From Psilocybe cubensis (Eukaryota), in assembly GCA_017499595.2 (NCBI GenBank), contig CM038998.1:3162001-3226000 (forward strand): 64,000 nucleotides of DNA. The letters run 5' to 3'. The position numbers were made by a program, and so were the translations under genes. Of the stretch, positions 33,773 through 48,414 are shown one piece after another. The notes beneath the pieces are model-generated. The model made no database searches. It saw nothing but the letters and a program-made list of their open reading frames with translations, and was not told where the DNA came from. How positions within the stretch are numbered: position 1 is the stretch's first letter; each line of letters opens with the position of its first letter.

Positions 33773-36700
33773 ATGGCTAATTACGATATACCGACCTTGT
33801 TATCGGCACTTGATGTGTTCACCCGCACTCCCGACAAAGCATCGCTAGAAAGAGCAAATTCCTGGCTTCAGGATTTTCAGCATTCTGTAAATTGTCTTTC
33901 GCCTATGGCCACTCTCTCGACCAACAACTCTGACCGTGTCCAACGATCCTTGTCCTAGCCTCAATCGTGGGAGACCTGCGATCTCCTCCTGTCGTCACCA
34001 GAAGCACCGCTCGCAGCCAAGATCTTTGCGGCGCAGACGTTTAGGACCAAGGTGAGTATTCTTGTCGATCTTACACTGTTTCATCTTCCTTGATCTGCTT
34101 TTCAACTTGACGATTTCGAATGCCTAGGTAACTTACGATCTCAATCAACTCAGTCCCGAAAAGGTCACAGCCACTCGCAACACGCTCGTTAGTGCCCTAG
34201 AGGTTTTCAAGGCGGGGCCTCGTACGATCACCGTTCAGATTTCTTTGGCTATCGCTGGTTTAGCCTTGCAGCTTCCGTCCTGGGAGAATCCTGTAAAAGC
34301 TCTGGTTGATGTTTACGGGAGGAACCCTGCCACCGTCCCAGTTTTGTTAGAGTTTTTGACCCTGTTGCCAGAGGAAGTTTCGAGCAATACCAGGATTCCT
34401 ATAAGTGTGAGTTGGGAATTTTTTGTTGTCATCAGTCACTTATTTGAAACTCTACAGGATAATGAATACCGGGACCGATCGGCTCAACTATTGACCGATA
34501 ATTCCAAGTTGATTCTTGAGTTATTGTGCTTGTATGTCAACGCTAGTGGTACGCCTACTGTTCCCACCAGTAGTTAACAATAGCGATTAATAGAAAAAAA
34601 TTTAGGCGTCACTTCTACAGTCCAATCACAAGTCTTCAACTGTCTGTATAACTGGCTCGCCGCAGGAGAAATTGGCGTGATTCAGTTGGCAGAGACACCC
34701 TTGTTCGGTTTTGCATTCGAAGCCCTCACTTCCGACGAGCTTTTCGACGCCGCGGTCGATGTCATCTGCCAAATAGTGCACGAGACACAGGAAATTGACG
34801 ATAACATGTCCGTGATTGAACTCGTCGTTCCAAGGATCATTACATTGAAAGAACGGATTGCTGCAAACTACGACGATTCGGACAAGATCAAGGGATATGC
34901 TCGTATATTCTCTGAAGCTGGGGAAACATACCGATCGTTGATTCTACAGCATACAGAAACATTTTTCCCTCTGGTCGAAGCTATTGGAGAGTGCTCAGCG
35001 TACCCGGATCTCGATATCGTCCCCATAACCTTCCCGTTCTGGATGCGCCTTGCTCAAATCCTCGGCAAAAAATCCTCAGTGTCACCATTATTCTTGGAGG
35101 CCTATAAATCTCTTATGACCGTCATCATCAAACATCTCCATTTCCCAGCCGATATTACCACCCTTACTGGTCAGGAGGCGGATGATTTCCGTGCCTTTAG
35201 GCATGTCATGGGCGATACACTCAAAGATTGCTGTTTTGTCCTCCGAACAGAGACTTGCCTTCTCGCTGCGTATCAGCTTATTAACAACGCTCTTGCTCGC
35301 GGTCCTGCTGTATCCTGGCAAGAAATTGAGGCCCCTCTGTTTGCCATGCGTTCAATGGGAGCGGAAATCGACCCAGAAGATAATAGTGCCGTTCCAAAAA
35401 TCATAGACCTCATACCATCCCTACCAAACCACCCTCGAGTTCGTTATGCGGCTTTGTTAATCATTTCCCGCTATACAGAGTGGATCAATGCCCATCCACA
35501 ATATATACCCTTTCAGTTGCAATACATATCTGCCGGATTCGAGGATACCGACGCCGAGGTGGTTGCTGCTGCAGGGCAGGCATTGAAGTATATGTGTCAA
35601 GACTGCAAACAAGTATGTACTTTTATTCTATTGCTTCAAAGCAGAGAGTTAATTTCCCTGTAGCACTTGACAGATTTCCTGCCTACCCTCCATACTTTCC
35701 TTACAACAACTGGAACAAAACTTGTTCAAGATGACCGTCGCCAGGTTTATGAAGCGATTGCATATGTGATATCTGCTATGCCTATGAATAGGGCTGCTGA
35801 GTCGCTCAAAACATTCGCATTGGACATTTTGGCGCAAGTGCACGCGGTCTCTACAAAAACAATACCTCCAACGAAAGCCGAAATCGATGAAGTTGGAAGT
35901 AAGAATATCAAATGTTCATCTCTATTTTTTTCAATTTTACACTGACATAAACATCATTTCAGATGGGCTAGAGAACCTAGAGGTAATGCTTCATGTCATC
36001 CAAGGATACGGTGAAGACCTTCCTCCTGCATGCCAAAACACTGGTCAGGAAGCTTGGCTTGTCTTCGATGCCTTCCTGTCGAGCCACGGACTTAACTATG
36101 ATCTTGCCGAGCGTTCCACTCGTGTATTGCGACGGGGCATTGATCTCTTCAGCAAGTCAGCGCTACCACTTGCCCCATCCGTAATACATAGGATGTCTGC
36201 AGCATTCGAAACCACGGGCTTCCCTAGTTTCCTTTGGATCGCTGGCAAGATTATTGGTCGATACGGAATTGAGAAGGATTCTGCCCTTCATGCTTCTATA
36301 CTTGAAATTTTCCAGCGCAGTACAGCCAAAGTGGCCACGATGTTAGAACAAAGTAGCCCTAGAGAAATACCTGACGGTGAGTAGGAATTTTAATCGTGTA
36401 TCCCTAATATATGAAAATTAAAACCTTGTTACACAGTACTGGAGGACTACCTTCAGATGTTACTTCAATTAATAAACTTGACCCCGGATGTCCTGTTTTT
36501 ATCACCGTCGTTTGCATTGGCTTTCCATTGCGCCATGGCGGGTCTTACAGTGGTACACAGTGACATCGTCTTCGCCGCTCTGGATTTCTTCCGCTCGATT
36601 CTATCGCACGACTGCATGGAGCCCCCATTGCCCTCGACTTCCCCCAAATACCCGATGTATGCCGCCGTTATTCGTGACACAATGAGCAAGGAAGGGAATA

Positions 36701-37057
36701 AATTTTTGGAATACATTCTTAAAGGTTTTGTTGGAAACTTCCCAGAGGATGCCGCCTCTACTGTCGTAACAATTTTCAGGTCCCTGGTTGCTTATTTCCC
36801 GAACCCACTGCTTATATGGCTGCGCGACGTCCTCCTGTTATTGCCTGTTAACAGCGTGCCCAACGAATCCAAGGCTCAACTGCTCCAGGAAGTTACGAGG
36901 TTGGTTTCTTTCCTTGTATCGACCTAGACAATTGTTAACATATTCTTCCTCAAGTGCCGTCAACACAAGACAGTACGACAAAGTCAAGTATGCTATCTTG
37001 GCCTTCGATCGCGCAGCAAGGAAGACTCGTGACCGCAGAAGAAATACTGGGGTGTAA
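33773..37057 (+). CDS. MTR10: Importin-beta family mRNA transport regulator Mtr10 / transportin-SR
   Basis: ANSWLQDFQHS, FAAQTFRTK, LEFLTLLPEE, ITFPFW, FRHVMGDTLKDCC, WQEIEAPLFAMR; multi-exon. Confidence 0.88.
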
Positions 37058-37456
37058 TGTTCATTATGAAGCTATCTGTCAATGTGGCCCTCGACCACTT
37101 GTTATTTTTTGCATTTCTTTGCAATAGTAGTGCTTACTATCATACAGGTAATTTTGAACTCAGTGAGGGGGACATTTCACTTAATGTTGTGTATGTAATC
37201 GAAAAGAAATTGAATATACGATCGAAGTCTTCTGTCTGTAGATAATTCAAGGCCTTGTATATTTTAATTCAAGGTGTGGCCGTGGACATTGGTTTTTCTG
37301 CATTTTTTTAGAGTCCTATCGCGAAAATATCAGTGTCGCAGACATGGTCATGTTCATCAAAGTGCATCAACAAACCCAAATACAGCTTGCCCGCTTGAGT
37401 TTGCACCGAGTCCGGTCATTTGCTGTCACCTCTAACGAATTCTTTGGATTGATACA

Positions 37457-38947
37457 ATGCTTCGCCATGCTGGCCAGTCGTTGATTGGCTCTGGTGAGTG
37501 CTGAAGCAAACTCTGCATACGCGCAAACTGACTCATTTTCTGGACTTAGGACGCAGGACGTTCTCCCAATCTGCAACCCGACATAGCTACGATGATACAA
37601 TCCGCAATCTTCTCATTCATAAAGATACAAAAGTTTTATGTCAAGGACTCACTGGAAAGACGGTAGAACAGTTTATCTGTCTTGTGTATGCAATCTAACA
37701 TTTGAGCAGGGAACTTTCCACGTCACTGAAGCTCTTGCCTACGGGACCAAGATGGTTGGAGGAGTATCACCAAAGAAGGCGGGCCAGACGCACCTGGGGC
37801 TACCCATCTTCGGGTCTGTTAGAGATGTACGGGATCTGAATCCGTCGAGTAACTGAGAAGCTTCTGATGAATTGCTAGGCCGTGAACGAAACAAAACCAG
37901 ACGCCACCATTCTTTACGTTCCACCACCCACTGCTGCAGATGCAATCATCGAAGCCATCGAAAATGAGATTGGGCTTATCGTTTGCGTCACAGAGGGCAT
38001 TCCTCAATCCGATGAGATTCGCGTTCGTGTATTCTAACTCCTTGACGCGTTAGTATTGACCAATTTGCTTTTATCAGGTCATGGATGCCCTCAAAAGCCA
38101 GTCGCGCTCCCGACTTGTTGGACCTAACTGCCCTGGAGGTACATTTAAACACGTCCGTTTTCCTTATCTACCTATCTGCTGACTTCTTTCCCCAGTGATC
38201 AATCCATTGGGTTGCAAAATGGGTATCCAACCGGGACATATTCACAAACCTGGCAAAATTGGTACGTACTTGAATGATGCGTCTGTGACTGTCGCTCACC
38301 GTTTGCTAGGTATCGTTTCTCGTTCTGGCACCCTGACCTATGAGGCTGTCGCTCAAACGACCGATGTCGGCCTTGGTCAATCCCTTTGCGTCGGAATCGG
38401 AGGAGACCCATTCCCTGGAACCCAACACATTGACGTCATTAAAGTTTTCCTCGAAGATCCTAACACAGAGGGTTCGCATCTTAATTGTAGATTAAGTATT
38501 CAAATCCACTTCTCACGTCTAATTTTTTGACAGGAATTGTTATTATTGGAGAAATCGGTGGTTCTATGGAGGAAGAGGCTGCTGAATACCTCGAACAGTA
38601 CAACAAGACTCGCAAGAACCCCAAACCCGTTGTTGGCTTCATCGCAGGCCGTACTGCACCTCCTGGACGTCGCATGGGCCACGCCGGAGCCATTATCTCG
38701 GGAGGAAAAGGTTGGTTTCATCCCACCTTTATTCTGAGAAATTTTTGGATTGTCGATCTAAATGTGTTTTTACAGGTGCCGCTGGCGACAAGGTTAAGGC
38801 CCTGGAGCGTGCTGGCGTTATTGTTACCGACAGCCCAGCTAAAATTGGTGCAGAGATGTTCAAGGTCAGTCTTTTATCATCCTTCTTGATGCCAGCCTTG
38901 TTGATAATCTCTTAAATTAGGCCATGAAAGCGGCTGGGTTGATTTGA
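37457..38947 (+). CDS. LSC1: Succinate-CoA ligase alpha subunit, mitochondrial
   Basis: [60 protein letters not shown]. Confidence 0.96.
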
Positions 38948-39108
38948 AAAGAGTCGTAGCAGTTAGATAAATTCGTGCTTTTAGATCAACTTTAGTGGAT
39001 TGTGGAATATTTGCTTATGTAATGGATTCACCCTAATATATCAACCAACGGGACTTTTGAGCTCGACGTGATTCCCGCTTTCTACAAAGACTGCCTGAGG
39101 CAAAAGAG

Positions 39109-39966
39109 ATGGCCTACCAACCGTCGCCCAAGTTCGACAGTGCTGTTGCTTATCTGTCGTCAGCATCGTCGCTGTCTCATGTGTCTTCTTCTACGAAGCT
39201 CGAGGTCTATGTCTTCTTGCGATCTGTCCCCTTTGCCGTCCTAACCAATCGGATAGTTGTATGGCTTGTTTAAATATCTTACATCGACTCGGACACCTGC
39301 AACGTCACGTCCTTCGATATTTGACATGACTGGACGTGCAAAATGGGATGCATGGAAATCTGCTGGAGAAAAATACGATGAACCAACAAAGGTTGAGGAA
39401 AGATATCTTGAGATTGCACGCACTTTGGGCTGGACAGAAGGGCAAGTGCTGGAAGATAAGGCAATACCACAACTCGAGAGATCCACTGGATCTGATGACG
39501 ATGTCTGGGATAAAGACGACGGCACTAGTAAAAGTAGTGGCGGTCTAGGGCTTTCAGTAAGTACCATGGTCGCACCCGTTAAGGTCGTGGACAACACCAT
39601 ACACGGGCTGGCTTTGTCGAATGATGTGTCTGGGTTGGCCACCTTATTAGACACAGTTCCAGAAACAGATCTGAATGCGCGGGATGAATATGTGAGCATG
39701 ATCTGAGCTTCTTCGACCATTCACTTTAAAACAATATTCTACGCAGGGATACGCGCCAATTCACCTGGCTTGTGACCGAGGAAACGTTGAAATGGTCCAG
39801 CTTCTTCTTCGTAAAGGCGCTAATAGGAATATAAAGGTAACTCATAGAGGTTGTCCCCCAAGCGGTATATTCATTCTTGCAGGATCCAGATAATTTAACG
39901 CCGCTAGAACTCTCGCAAGAGGCCGGTCACTCTGAGATTGCAAAGATTCTAGTATCTACTCCTTGA
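39109..39966 (+). CDS. Acyl-CoA-binding protein with C-terminal ankyrin repeats (ACBD6-like)
   Basis: KLE/LYGLFKY, FDMTGRAKWDAW; LGLSVSTM; DLNARDEY/GYAPIHLACDRG, LTPLEL. Confidence 0.88.
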
Positions 39967-40180
39967 TTATTTTCCTGTATGAATGTAATGTCGTAGACGG
40001 ATGAAATATAGACGATATCTAGACCACGGACAATTTTTTCAGCATGGGGGCATGGAAAGTATCCTTCTTTTCAAATTCAAGTGTCAACGGCAGAATAATG
40101 AAAGAGACTGGGGCATAACAGCTATAGTTGGCATTTACGGTCCACAAGCAGGTGGTCAGAGTTGAAGGGGGATGAGGTGG

Positions 40181-40618
40181 TTATGATGCCTTCTTCGTTG
40201 GGGTCTTCTTGGTCGGAGTTGGGATTGGAGTTGGTTCAGGGGACGGAGGTATGAATTTCTCGGCCAAAGGATGTCGTGGTTGTGTACCTCTAGGGTGATA
40301 TGGAGAGCCAGGTTTAAGAATACCGCCCTTATAAAAGCTTAGATTATTGCCCATAAACCCGACGCGCAGATAACTTACCAATTCCAATAGTTTCACAACT
40401 GATTTACTAGGAAGGGCACCGACGTTTAGCCAATGCTGGATTCTAGCCACACTCCAGCGGACTGTCCTCGCGTCGCGTCCATCAGCACCATGAGGGTCGT
40501 AGACACCCAAAAGCTCTGTGGGTTTGGCATCCCGACGCAGCTTGCTATTAATGGCTACAACGTGGAAGATCTTCCTGTGGCGGTGGCCATGCATAGCCAT
40601 TCGAATACGCATAGTCAT
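40181..40618 (-). CDS. MRPS16: Mitochondrial ribosomal protein bS16m
   Basis: MRIRMAMHG..IFHVVAINSKLRRDAKPTELLGVYDP, WLNVGALPSKSV; one intron. Confidence 0.92.
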   Translation of the reverse strand: MTMRIRMAMHGHRHRKIFHVVAINSKLRRDAKPTELLGVYDPHGADGRDARTVRWSVARIQHWLNVGALPSKSVVKLLELVSYLRVGFMGNNLSFYKGGILKPGSPYHPRGTQPRHPLAEKFIPPSPEPTPIPTPTKKTPTKKAS

Positions 40619-41072
40619 GGTGGGCGAAAGGTTGAAAGTTATTACAGGAAAGACTTGGATAATTGGTGAATGGTCGAAAAAGTTCCCAAAGTCCTTAGAA
40701 TCAGATCACGTGCCATAAGAAATATTATATATGGTTGACCTGTTCAGCGTCTCTGGAAGTGGAATATATCACTAGAATGACTAGATTGGTTTTGATAAAG
40801 TGGAAGATAATATGGCGTGTAATTAGTCCTTTGATTGGCTTTTTATTATTGGATGATTTGTACTGTTTCGGATATCCGACCATAATAAAACAAAAGGGGG
40901 AGCGTCCATTCGGCTTCAATCCTTCGCCTTAAATACAATGGAACAAAAGCAATACAGAGGTAGAAGATCATCGATGATAGGTGCGATGATTGACACCAAG
41001 GATGGATACGATCCCTTACGACTTCGTTGCTGCTTCGCCAATTCATATCGACCTGGAGAATAGGACAAACTT

Positions 41073-41559
41073 TCAACTTGATTCAGGACCGTCACTTCCC
41101 GGTATTAGCTAGAAAAATTACGCGTCAGCTCACAAGGAAGAGAGATTATCTGCTGCGTACCATAGCAATGTTACTTCCGTTTAGTAATGTCTGTGCGAGC
41201 TTTGTCTTTTTGACACCTTGAGCTGTCGTTTCACTGCATGAAGAAAAAAAATAAGTGGAATATCAAAAGTGGCCTGAAGAGTGAGCGTACAACTCTGTCA
41301 CATCCTCTAGGACAATGTCTGTGGAATATCTGGTTAAACGGCCAGCAATAGCACATTCACGAAGTACGGAGGATACGTACTGACATAGTCATCGAATCCA
41401 AGGAGAGTTCCGGTGAATTCACGTTCGCTTTTCATAATCACCCAGATCTTCGACCCGATACATTTGTCGATCAGCTCTTGAAAGGGATCAGCGTCGCGTT
41501 GTTCAAAGATCGAGGAGACTTGGAGGAAGTATACCCAATGGTAGAATCTGTGAGGCCAT
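41073..41559 (-). CDS. LSM5: U6 snRNA-associated Sm-like protein Lsm5
   Basis: [49 protein letters not shown]/..[13 protein letters not shown]. Confidence 0.95.
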
Positions 41560-42033
41560 TTGAATCCTCTACGTTCGCACAATGTTTGCCAGTAATTTCG
41601 TGAGCGTATGGGTCTATGAGAAGGTTGACAATGCTAGCATGAACCGATGAAAAGGATTCGTGAATAAGAATTCAAGTCAAAGAAGAGTTACAGATGAAGT
41701 CAAACCCCGAGAGCGTTCTTTTACTTGTGTCACGTTTTTCCAAGAATAGTCAGCCTTGGGCAAAACTCCATTTGAATGCAACATCGATGGTTCGGTCAAT
41801 ATGATTGCATTCGAGGACGAAAAGTAGATCATGGTTATAGAGAATAGTTAGAGAAAATCGAGATACAAGCAGTCGATTATTATTTGGATTGATGGAAGAA
41901 ACATGGAAAAAGAAAACTTGTAATGAACATTGAAGACAACTAGGACGAGTACACAATCTCAGAATGAGTGCAGAATGCACACGTGTAAAATTGAAAAGCG
42001 TGAATGATAACGAGTACACTAAACCAAAAGAAA

Positions 42034-43916
42034 TCACTGTCCGAAACTGAAACCACCCTGGGGCGTATTCATGTCGGAGTGGAACTACGAGAAAGAGTAA
42101 GAACCAAAAATGAATAGGAATCAAGGTCGCACTTACGGCAAAGTTACCAGCTGCATCTACACTTTGAGCGCTGATGGCGGTGTCAACCTCTTCTTCGTCG
42201 GGGAAGTATTTGTCCATGATGTTGAAGGCCTTCTTGTAGATCTCAAGATTGTCGTGTTGTTGGAGATTGTGGATGGTGATCATGCCACCAGCTTCTTCGA
42301 CATAAAGAGCGTATTGATTAACGGCGCCAGGACCTGCTGCGATCTTGTCCTGCTCTCCGATCTTTAGGATATTGTCGAGTCCATCCAAAGCAACTTGGAT
42401 GATCTTGTTGTCCATCATGGTCAGCAGGTCGCACAGAGGCTTGATGCATCCTTGGGAAACAAGATAGCGTATCTGGGCAGGTTCCTGAAGACCACCAGAA
42501 GTGGCATTAGAAATAGCCCAGCACGCCTCCTTCCTGGTTTTGAAATCGGCATTTTGAAGAATATTGATGAGAGGAGGGATAATATTCGCGTCAATGACGG
42601 ACTGGATCTGAGGCGGGGAGCCGGCAGTGATGTTCGAAATCGTCCAGCAAGCCTCCTTGCGGATCCCATCCTTCGGAGAGGAGAGGAGAGAGAGGAGAGC
42701 GGGAAGGGCACCGGATGCAATAACCACTTGGGTTTGTAAATCATCACCAGTCACAATGTTACCTACGGAACGAAGAGCTGGGGTTTGGACTGAGGTTGAC
42801 TGGTGCAACAGGAGATCAACGAGGCGCCTGCACACTCCAGATTCTATGACGGCTTGGATCTTGTCGTTGGAACCATCAGACAAGTAAGAAATAGCCCAGC
42901 AAGCGTCAATCAATATTTCATCATCGAGGGAATAGATCAATTTGGTTAACACGGTCAAAGCCGGCGAAATCTGTAACACGATGGTCAGTTACGGCAATAG
43001 ACGTTCAAGAGAGCACCATACCAAGTCCCAGTCGGGTTGAGGAGCCTTTCCTCGGCAGAAGTTGCTCAATGTCCATGTAGCATTCCTAAGCATGCTGAGC
43101 TTGTGATTTTCGCTGAGCAAAGTAAGCAGTGGCCTCAATGCCCCCTGTTGAAGCACGTAATCCCTGCAATGTGGGCTATCACCAGCGATGTTTCCCAAAG
43201 CCCAAACAGCTTGCTCTCGAACATCAAGCACGGGTGAAGACAAAAGGTTAATAAATTCGGGAACAGCCTGGGCATTGATGACAACTTGAGTGTGTTCGGC
43301 AGTTCCGGAGGCAATGTTGGTCAAGGCCCAAGCAGCCTCGAACTAATAAGAATTATTAAAAACGAGATGAATGAACATGAAAAAGGTAAATACCTGAAGC
43401 ATTGCATGCCCGACTTTGAGGAATTCAACAAAGCGGGGAACAACACCACAATCGATTACGCGTTCGATAGGTGGATTCTTTTCTTTTGAAAGAAGTTTGC
43501 GGAATTTGGTTGTCGCGTCAAGCTGGCGCTCAGGATCGTCAGAAAAGACACCAGAAATCATTTCTTCGGCGAGCTATTTGAAGATATGAAGAGTCGATAA
43601 AAGATTACACGGACAAGAAAGTAAGTGGCATACGGGAGGATCCCAGACACCTCCACCAATCTCTTCATCAGAGTCGGGACCGGCTGAAGGAAGAAAATTG
43701 CGCCTCTTAGAGATGTTCTCCTCTCTCTTCTGACGTCTGATCTCCACTTGTTGTTCTTCTCGACGACGCCTAAGATCGTCTTGCTTGAGAGGCCCTTTGG
43801 CTTTGTAGGCTAAACGATAAAAACGCGTTGAGAATGGATCGCACGCGATAATGATCAACGATAACAAACATACCATCCCTACGAGCTTTCATAGTGCGAG
43901 ATTCTGTGGATTCCAT
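42034..43916 (-). CDS. SRP1: Importin alpha (karyopherin alpha)
   Basis: [28 protein letters not shown] repeats [37 protein letters not shown]. Confidence 0.96.
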
Positions 43917-44891
43917 GACTGTTGTATTGGATTGTACAGTGGCACAGATGAGTGATGAAAAGGAAGGACGAGAATCAACTTGGTCTTCCAATCAACTGGT
44001 CCAATTCTCTTCAAAAGATGTGACTTGATAGTCCCGTGATCTTATCCAGACTATGTCACAGATCATACCTGTCACGTATCGCCCAATGAGTTGAACCATC
44101 TCACCTTAACACCGTGACAACGAATGACTCTGGTTGTTATTTTCTCTTTTTGCTAGGAAGATCTCTCTATACTCCTAGTCTCAACCTAAACCAAGGCCAA
44201 TTGGAATGTTAACTCGTATCACTGGCAAAAAACCTCGTAATATCAATTTCATGGCAATATAACTGCACCTTTGCTGCAGATTTAACAAATGTGATCTATG
44301 TCTTTGTACATCCCTGAGAACGTGATCGGCATCTTGGTCTACTGTAAACTCGACATTAGCCATGCTCCCTTCAATGATGTTTACCCTACTGGTTTGATGG
44401 ATTCACGCATCAAGGACTTCAATTATCAGTGGCGTGATCGTGTTAAGCACCACAGAACACCTCAAGTCATCTATGCTTATTGCAAACGTATCTGTACGGT
44501 ACCATCGGGTTGCTACTCACACGGATGTACTGGAATAAATCTAGTACTGTCTCTGCAAGGGACCTCTTTCTACCATTTCGTTATATCTGATGTTTACATG
44601 TGAATGCACCAAGTTTTACTCGCAGATATCTAACACCCATGCGTCATGGAAGTGTTTATGATGTACACTGTGGATGTACTTCGATCAACTTTATTACTAA
44701 CCAATCTGGTCTACCTCATGAGAAACCCGTACCAGAAGCATCAGCCGACCCCTCTTCCCGATACTCAAAATATATTGGTATGTATTACGTGTACCCAATT
44801 GTGTCTTCTTTTCATTCTATTTACCGTATCTCTACCGCGTACATAAACAGATTTCAACAAATGTGTGGCCAACCCCAATCGCTTCTTGGAT

Positions 44892-47109
44892 ATGGTTACT
44901 TCAGTTACTTTCTATTCACTGTTTACCCTAGCTTTCTGTGTCTACCTATGGCGAACGCGGCGACGTGCTTTTCGCTTGCCTCCCGGTCCAAAAGGCTATC
45001 CGTTACTTGGAAACCTCTGGGATATACCTCATAAATACGCTTGGCTCACATATGCGAACTGGTCACGACAGTATAACAGCGACGTTATACGCTTCCATGT
45101 TTTTGGAGAGGAAACCATCGTCCTAAATTCTTTGAAGGCGGCGATAGAACTCCTCGACAGACGTTCTTTCAATTATTCCGATCGACCCAGAATGGTAAAA
45201 CCCTGCAATGTGGATCGTTTATGCCTCCACAACTAATATTTATTCCTGGAGGTCATGGCCAACGAACTTATAGGATGGGAATGGGACTTCGCACATATGC
45301 GATATAGTGATATATGGAGGTATTTTGTTCCTCTGTTCCAAAATTTCACCACCAGGTAAATAACAACTGGGTCTTTAGGCGCCACCGAAGGAGTTTTCAT
45401 CAATATTTTCAACCTCGTAACTTATCAGCGTATTACCCTGTTCAACAGAAAGCGGCTGTCATTTTGCTTGAGCAACTTTTACAGAAACCAGAAGAATTCT
45501 CTGCCCATATTCGACAGTAAATTATCTCCTTCTACTCCATACTATCTTCTCAACAATAATACATCTTTAGATACGCAGGTTCCATAGTTTTACGCGTTGC
45601 TTACGGCTACGAGGTCAAGGCAGAAAATGATTTTTATATAGCTCTAGTGAAAAAGGCTATGCCGCCGCTTCTTCAGGTGGTACATGCAGGAAAGTTCCTA
45701 GTTGAATTCATTCCCGCACTCAAGCACATTCCATGTACGGTTTTCCGTCCGCTCTCTGAGTGGTTTTTTTTTTGACGAAGTGGTTGCAGCTTGGTTTCCA
45801 GGAGCGACATTTAAAAAGAATGCTACAATATGGGCCAAGGACACCCGCGCCCTTCGGGATGCGCCTTTTGAGAAAGTTAAGAAAGCAATCGTCAGTACTC
45901 ATAGCTTTGATTGAAGAACATAGACTCATTCACCTTAGGAGGAAGGAACTGCGGAGCAATCCTATGTCAGCGACAACCTCGAGAAGCTCAAGATCAATGG
46001 GGTAGTTGATGCCTCAGAAGAAGAAATCGTCAAGAACTGCGCTGGAATCATGTACCTGGGTAGGATCCTTATCTATATATTTAAAGTCTCAAGGTTTCTG
46101 ACACCCACATATTCCTAAGCCGGATCGGACACTGTACGCTTCAAATATATTGTTCCAATGATATCCCAATTAACAGACATCATAGACTGCTTCTGTTCTT
46201 CATTCTTTCCTTCTGGCTATGGTTCATCACCCGGAAATTCAACGCAGAGCACAGGAAGAAATCGACAGTGTTATCGGAGATTCCAGACTTCCAGATTTCA
46301 ATGATAGGGAATCGCTTCCTTACGTGGAGGCGATACTGCTGGAGACATTGCGATGGGCGCCTGTTACCCCGCTCTGTATGTTGTTAATCACATTTACATC
46401 CCGTTAACTGCAGTAATATTGAACAGCTGCCCCTAGCCCTACCACATCGTGTTATTGAGGAAGACGAGTATGAAGGTTATCATATTCCAGCCGGTAAGAC
46501 CTACTTCATGCAATTCAATGCAGCTTATTTAGTTTTCGTTATTAGGCGCCGTGGTTACACCCAACGTTTGGTCAGCTAGCTCAATAGTTCCTCCATTATA
46601 TCCCATTGACATTGCCATTTTATTGCACAGGGCTATTATGCACAGTGAAGATATTTACCCTGAACCTTTTAAATTCAATCCGGATAGATACTACAAAGGG
46701 TCCAATAAAGAGCCACTTCAAGTAGATCCAATCGCAGCTGGCGCATTTGGCTTTGGAAGACGGTACGTGATCATGGGTCTTTTCTCTTTGAAGTACATTT
46801 TTTAATATACCTTGCTTTAGCATTTGTCCTGGCCGCTACCTCGCATTAAATTCTGCTTGGATCGGTGTTTGCTCCATTTTATCTGCTTTTAACATTTCCA
46901 AAGCCATCGACAACACAGGCAAAGTTATTGAGCCGGTGATAGAGTATCAGGATGGACTTGTGAGGTCTGTATTTTCCAAGTTATGGCTTGTCTCAGTCGA
47001 AAATTTTGTCTGACCGCCACTCATTACAAGTCATGCGAAAGCTTTCAAGCTGACCATAACGCCTCGTTCAGAGAAAATCAAGAAATGCATTGAAATCTAT
47101 TCAACTTAA
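44892..47109 (+). CDS. Cytochrome P450 (basidiomycete CYP64-clan-like)
   Basis: N-terminal TM, LPPGPKGYPLLGN, YSDRP, AGSDT on a 14-nt micro-exon 46120-46133, ETLR, FNPDRY, FGFGRR/ICPG. Confidence 0.93.
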
Positions 47110-47263
47110 ATTTGGCTTATAACGGGAAGGGTAGGCAAAGAATGCCAAGAAAAATTTTGGACTATTCCTACTACACCCTCTTTGTAATGCTTTACGCAAA
47201 AGACAAGTTGCTTAAGGCACTGTTTTCTTGTTTTCAAACTCTGTGAGTCAGGCCTGTACAGAA

Positions 47264-48414
47264 TTACAGCAATCTTTTCGGGTTGCCTTCCAAGAATGAA
47301 ACAATATTTTCGACTGTCTGACCCCAGAAGACCTGAAATTGAAGCGAGTCTTAATAAAGCACGACAAATTCTCAAAGGCTACGCATAAACTTACAGCATA
47401 GTTGGTATCGGCCAAATAACCTGTATGGGGGCTTAATGTTACGCGCTTAGCTTTGCGCAGCGGGTGATCAAGTGGAAGCGGTTCGATGTCGAAAACATCC
47501 AAGCCTGCTCCTGCAATCTTTTCTTCTTCCAAAACCTCCAAAAGAGCATTTTCCTCCACAAGAGGCCCACGGGAAGTGTTGATGAAGAATGCCGTACGCT
47601 TCATGAGCAATAAATCACTTTTCGTGATTATATGTTTGGTCGTCTCCGAAAGCACAAGCTGCAAAGATATGACATCGCTCTCTTTAAAGAGCTCGTCTTT
47701 TGTCGCCACATATTCTACTCCAGCGGCTTCTGCTCGCTCAGGTGTCAAATGAGGTGACCACCCTATCACCCTCATATTAAATGCTTTGGCAATCTACGCA
47801 ATAATTATTGTTAGTCCAAAGCCGACACGTCAAATCAGACGTTAAATAAGAACAACCTTTGCAGTCTGACTTCCTAGCCTTCCCACTCCCACCAGGCCCA
47901 GAGTTCTTCCAGCCAGTCCGAGTGGCATCGTAGTCTGCCATTGCGGGTTTCCATTCTTAACATTGGCGTCTTCCAACGTTATGAATCGCACAGTTGCCAA
48001 AATCAAAGCCCAAATGTGTTCGAGTGTAGCGTTTCCGCTGCCACCTGTGCCCGACACGGCAATTCCTTTCTCTCTAGCATATCCTGTGTCGATACCCCTG
48101 TTCACCGGGCCTGTTGTTGCGATAAGCCTATGAATCCTTCCATCAACGAAAATTATAAACTCTGGCGTATATACAATCACAGACCGTAGATTAGGGAGGC
48201 GGTCAAGTAAAGTTCGAGGGAATTTCGTTCTTTCCCTCATCGCGCAGATAATATCATATTTCTTCAGCCTCTGCACCAGGGAATCCTCATCATGAAGGGT
48301 GTCCTGGAATACATCAATTGTGGCCCTGCCATTCAAAGGAGACCAATCTGCACTCGTCAGGGCGACGCCTTGATAATCGTCAAGGATAGCAATCTGAACA
48401 GCCTGAGACGACAT
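47264..48414 (-). CDS. D-isomer-specific 2-hydroxyacid dehydrogenase
   Basis: ILDDYQ, AMRERT, LGLVGVGRLG, FINTSRGPLV, GAGLDVFDIEPL, SPHTGY. Confidence 0.93.

Noticed and set aside
41750-42033. Hydrophobic C-terminal extension of importin alpha in the ORF track
   Set aside because: Read-through of the last intron; the spliced gene stops at 42034
44181-44890. ORFs upstream of the P450; possible secondary-metabolite cluster with the dehydrogenase
   Set aside because: No recognisable proteins, no backbone synthase or transporter, and flanking genes are housekeeping
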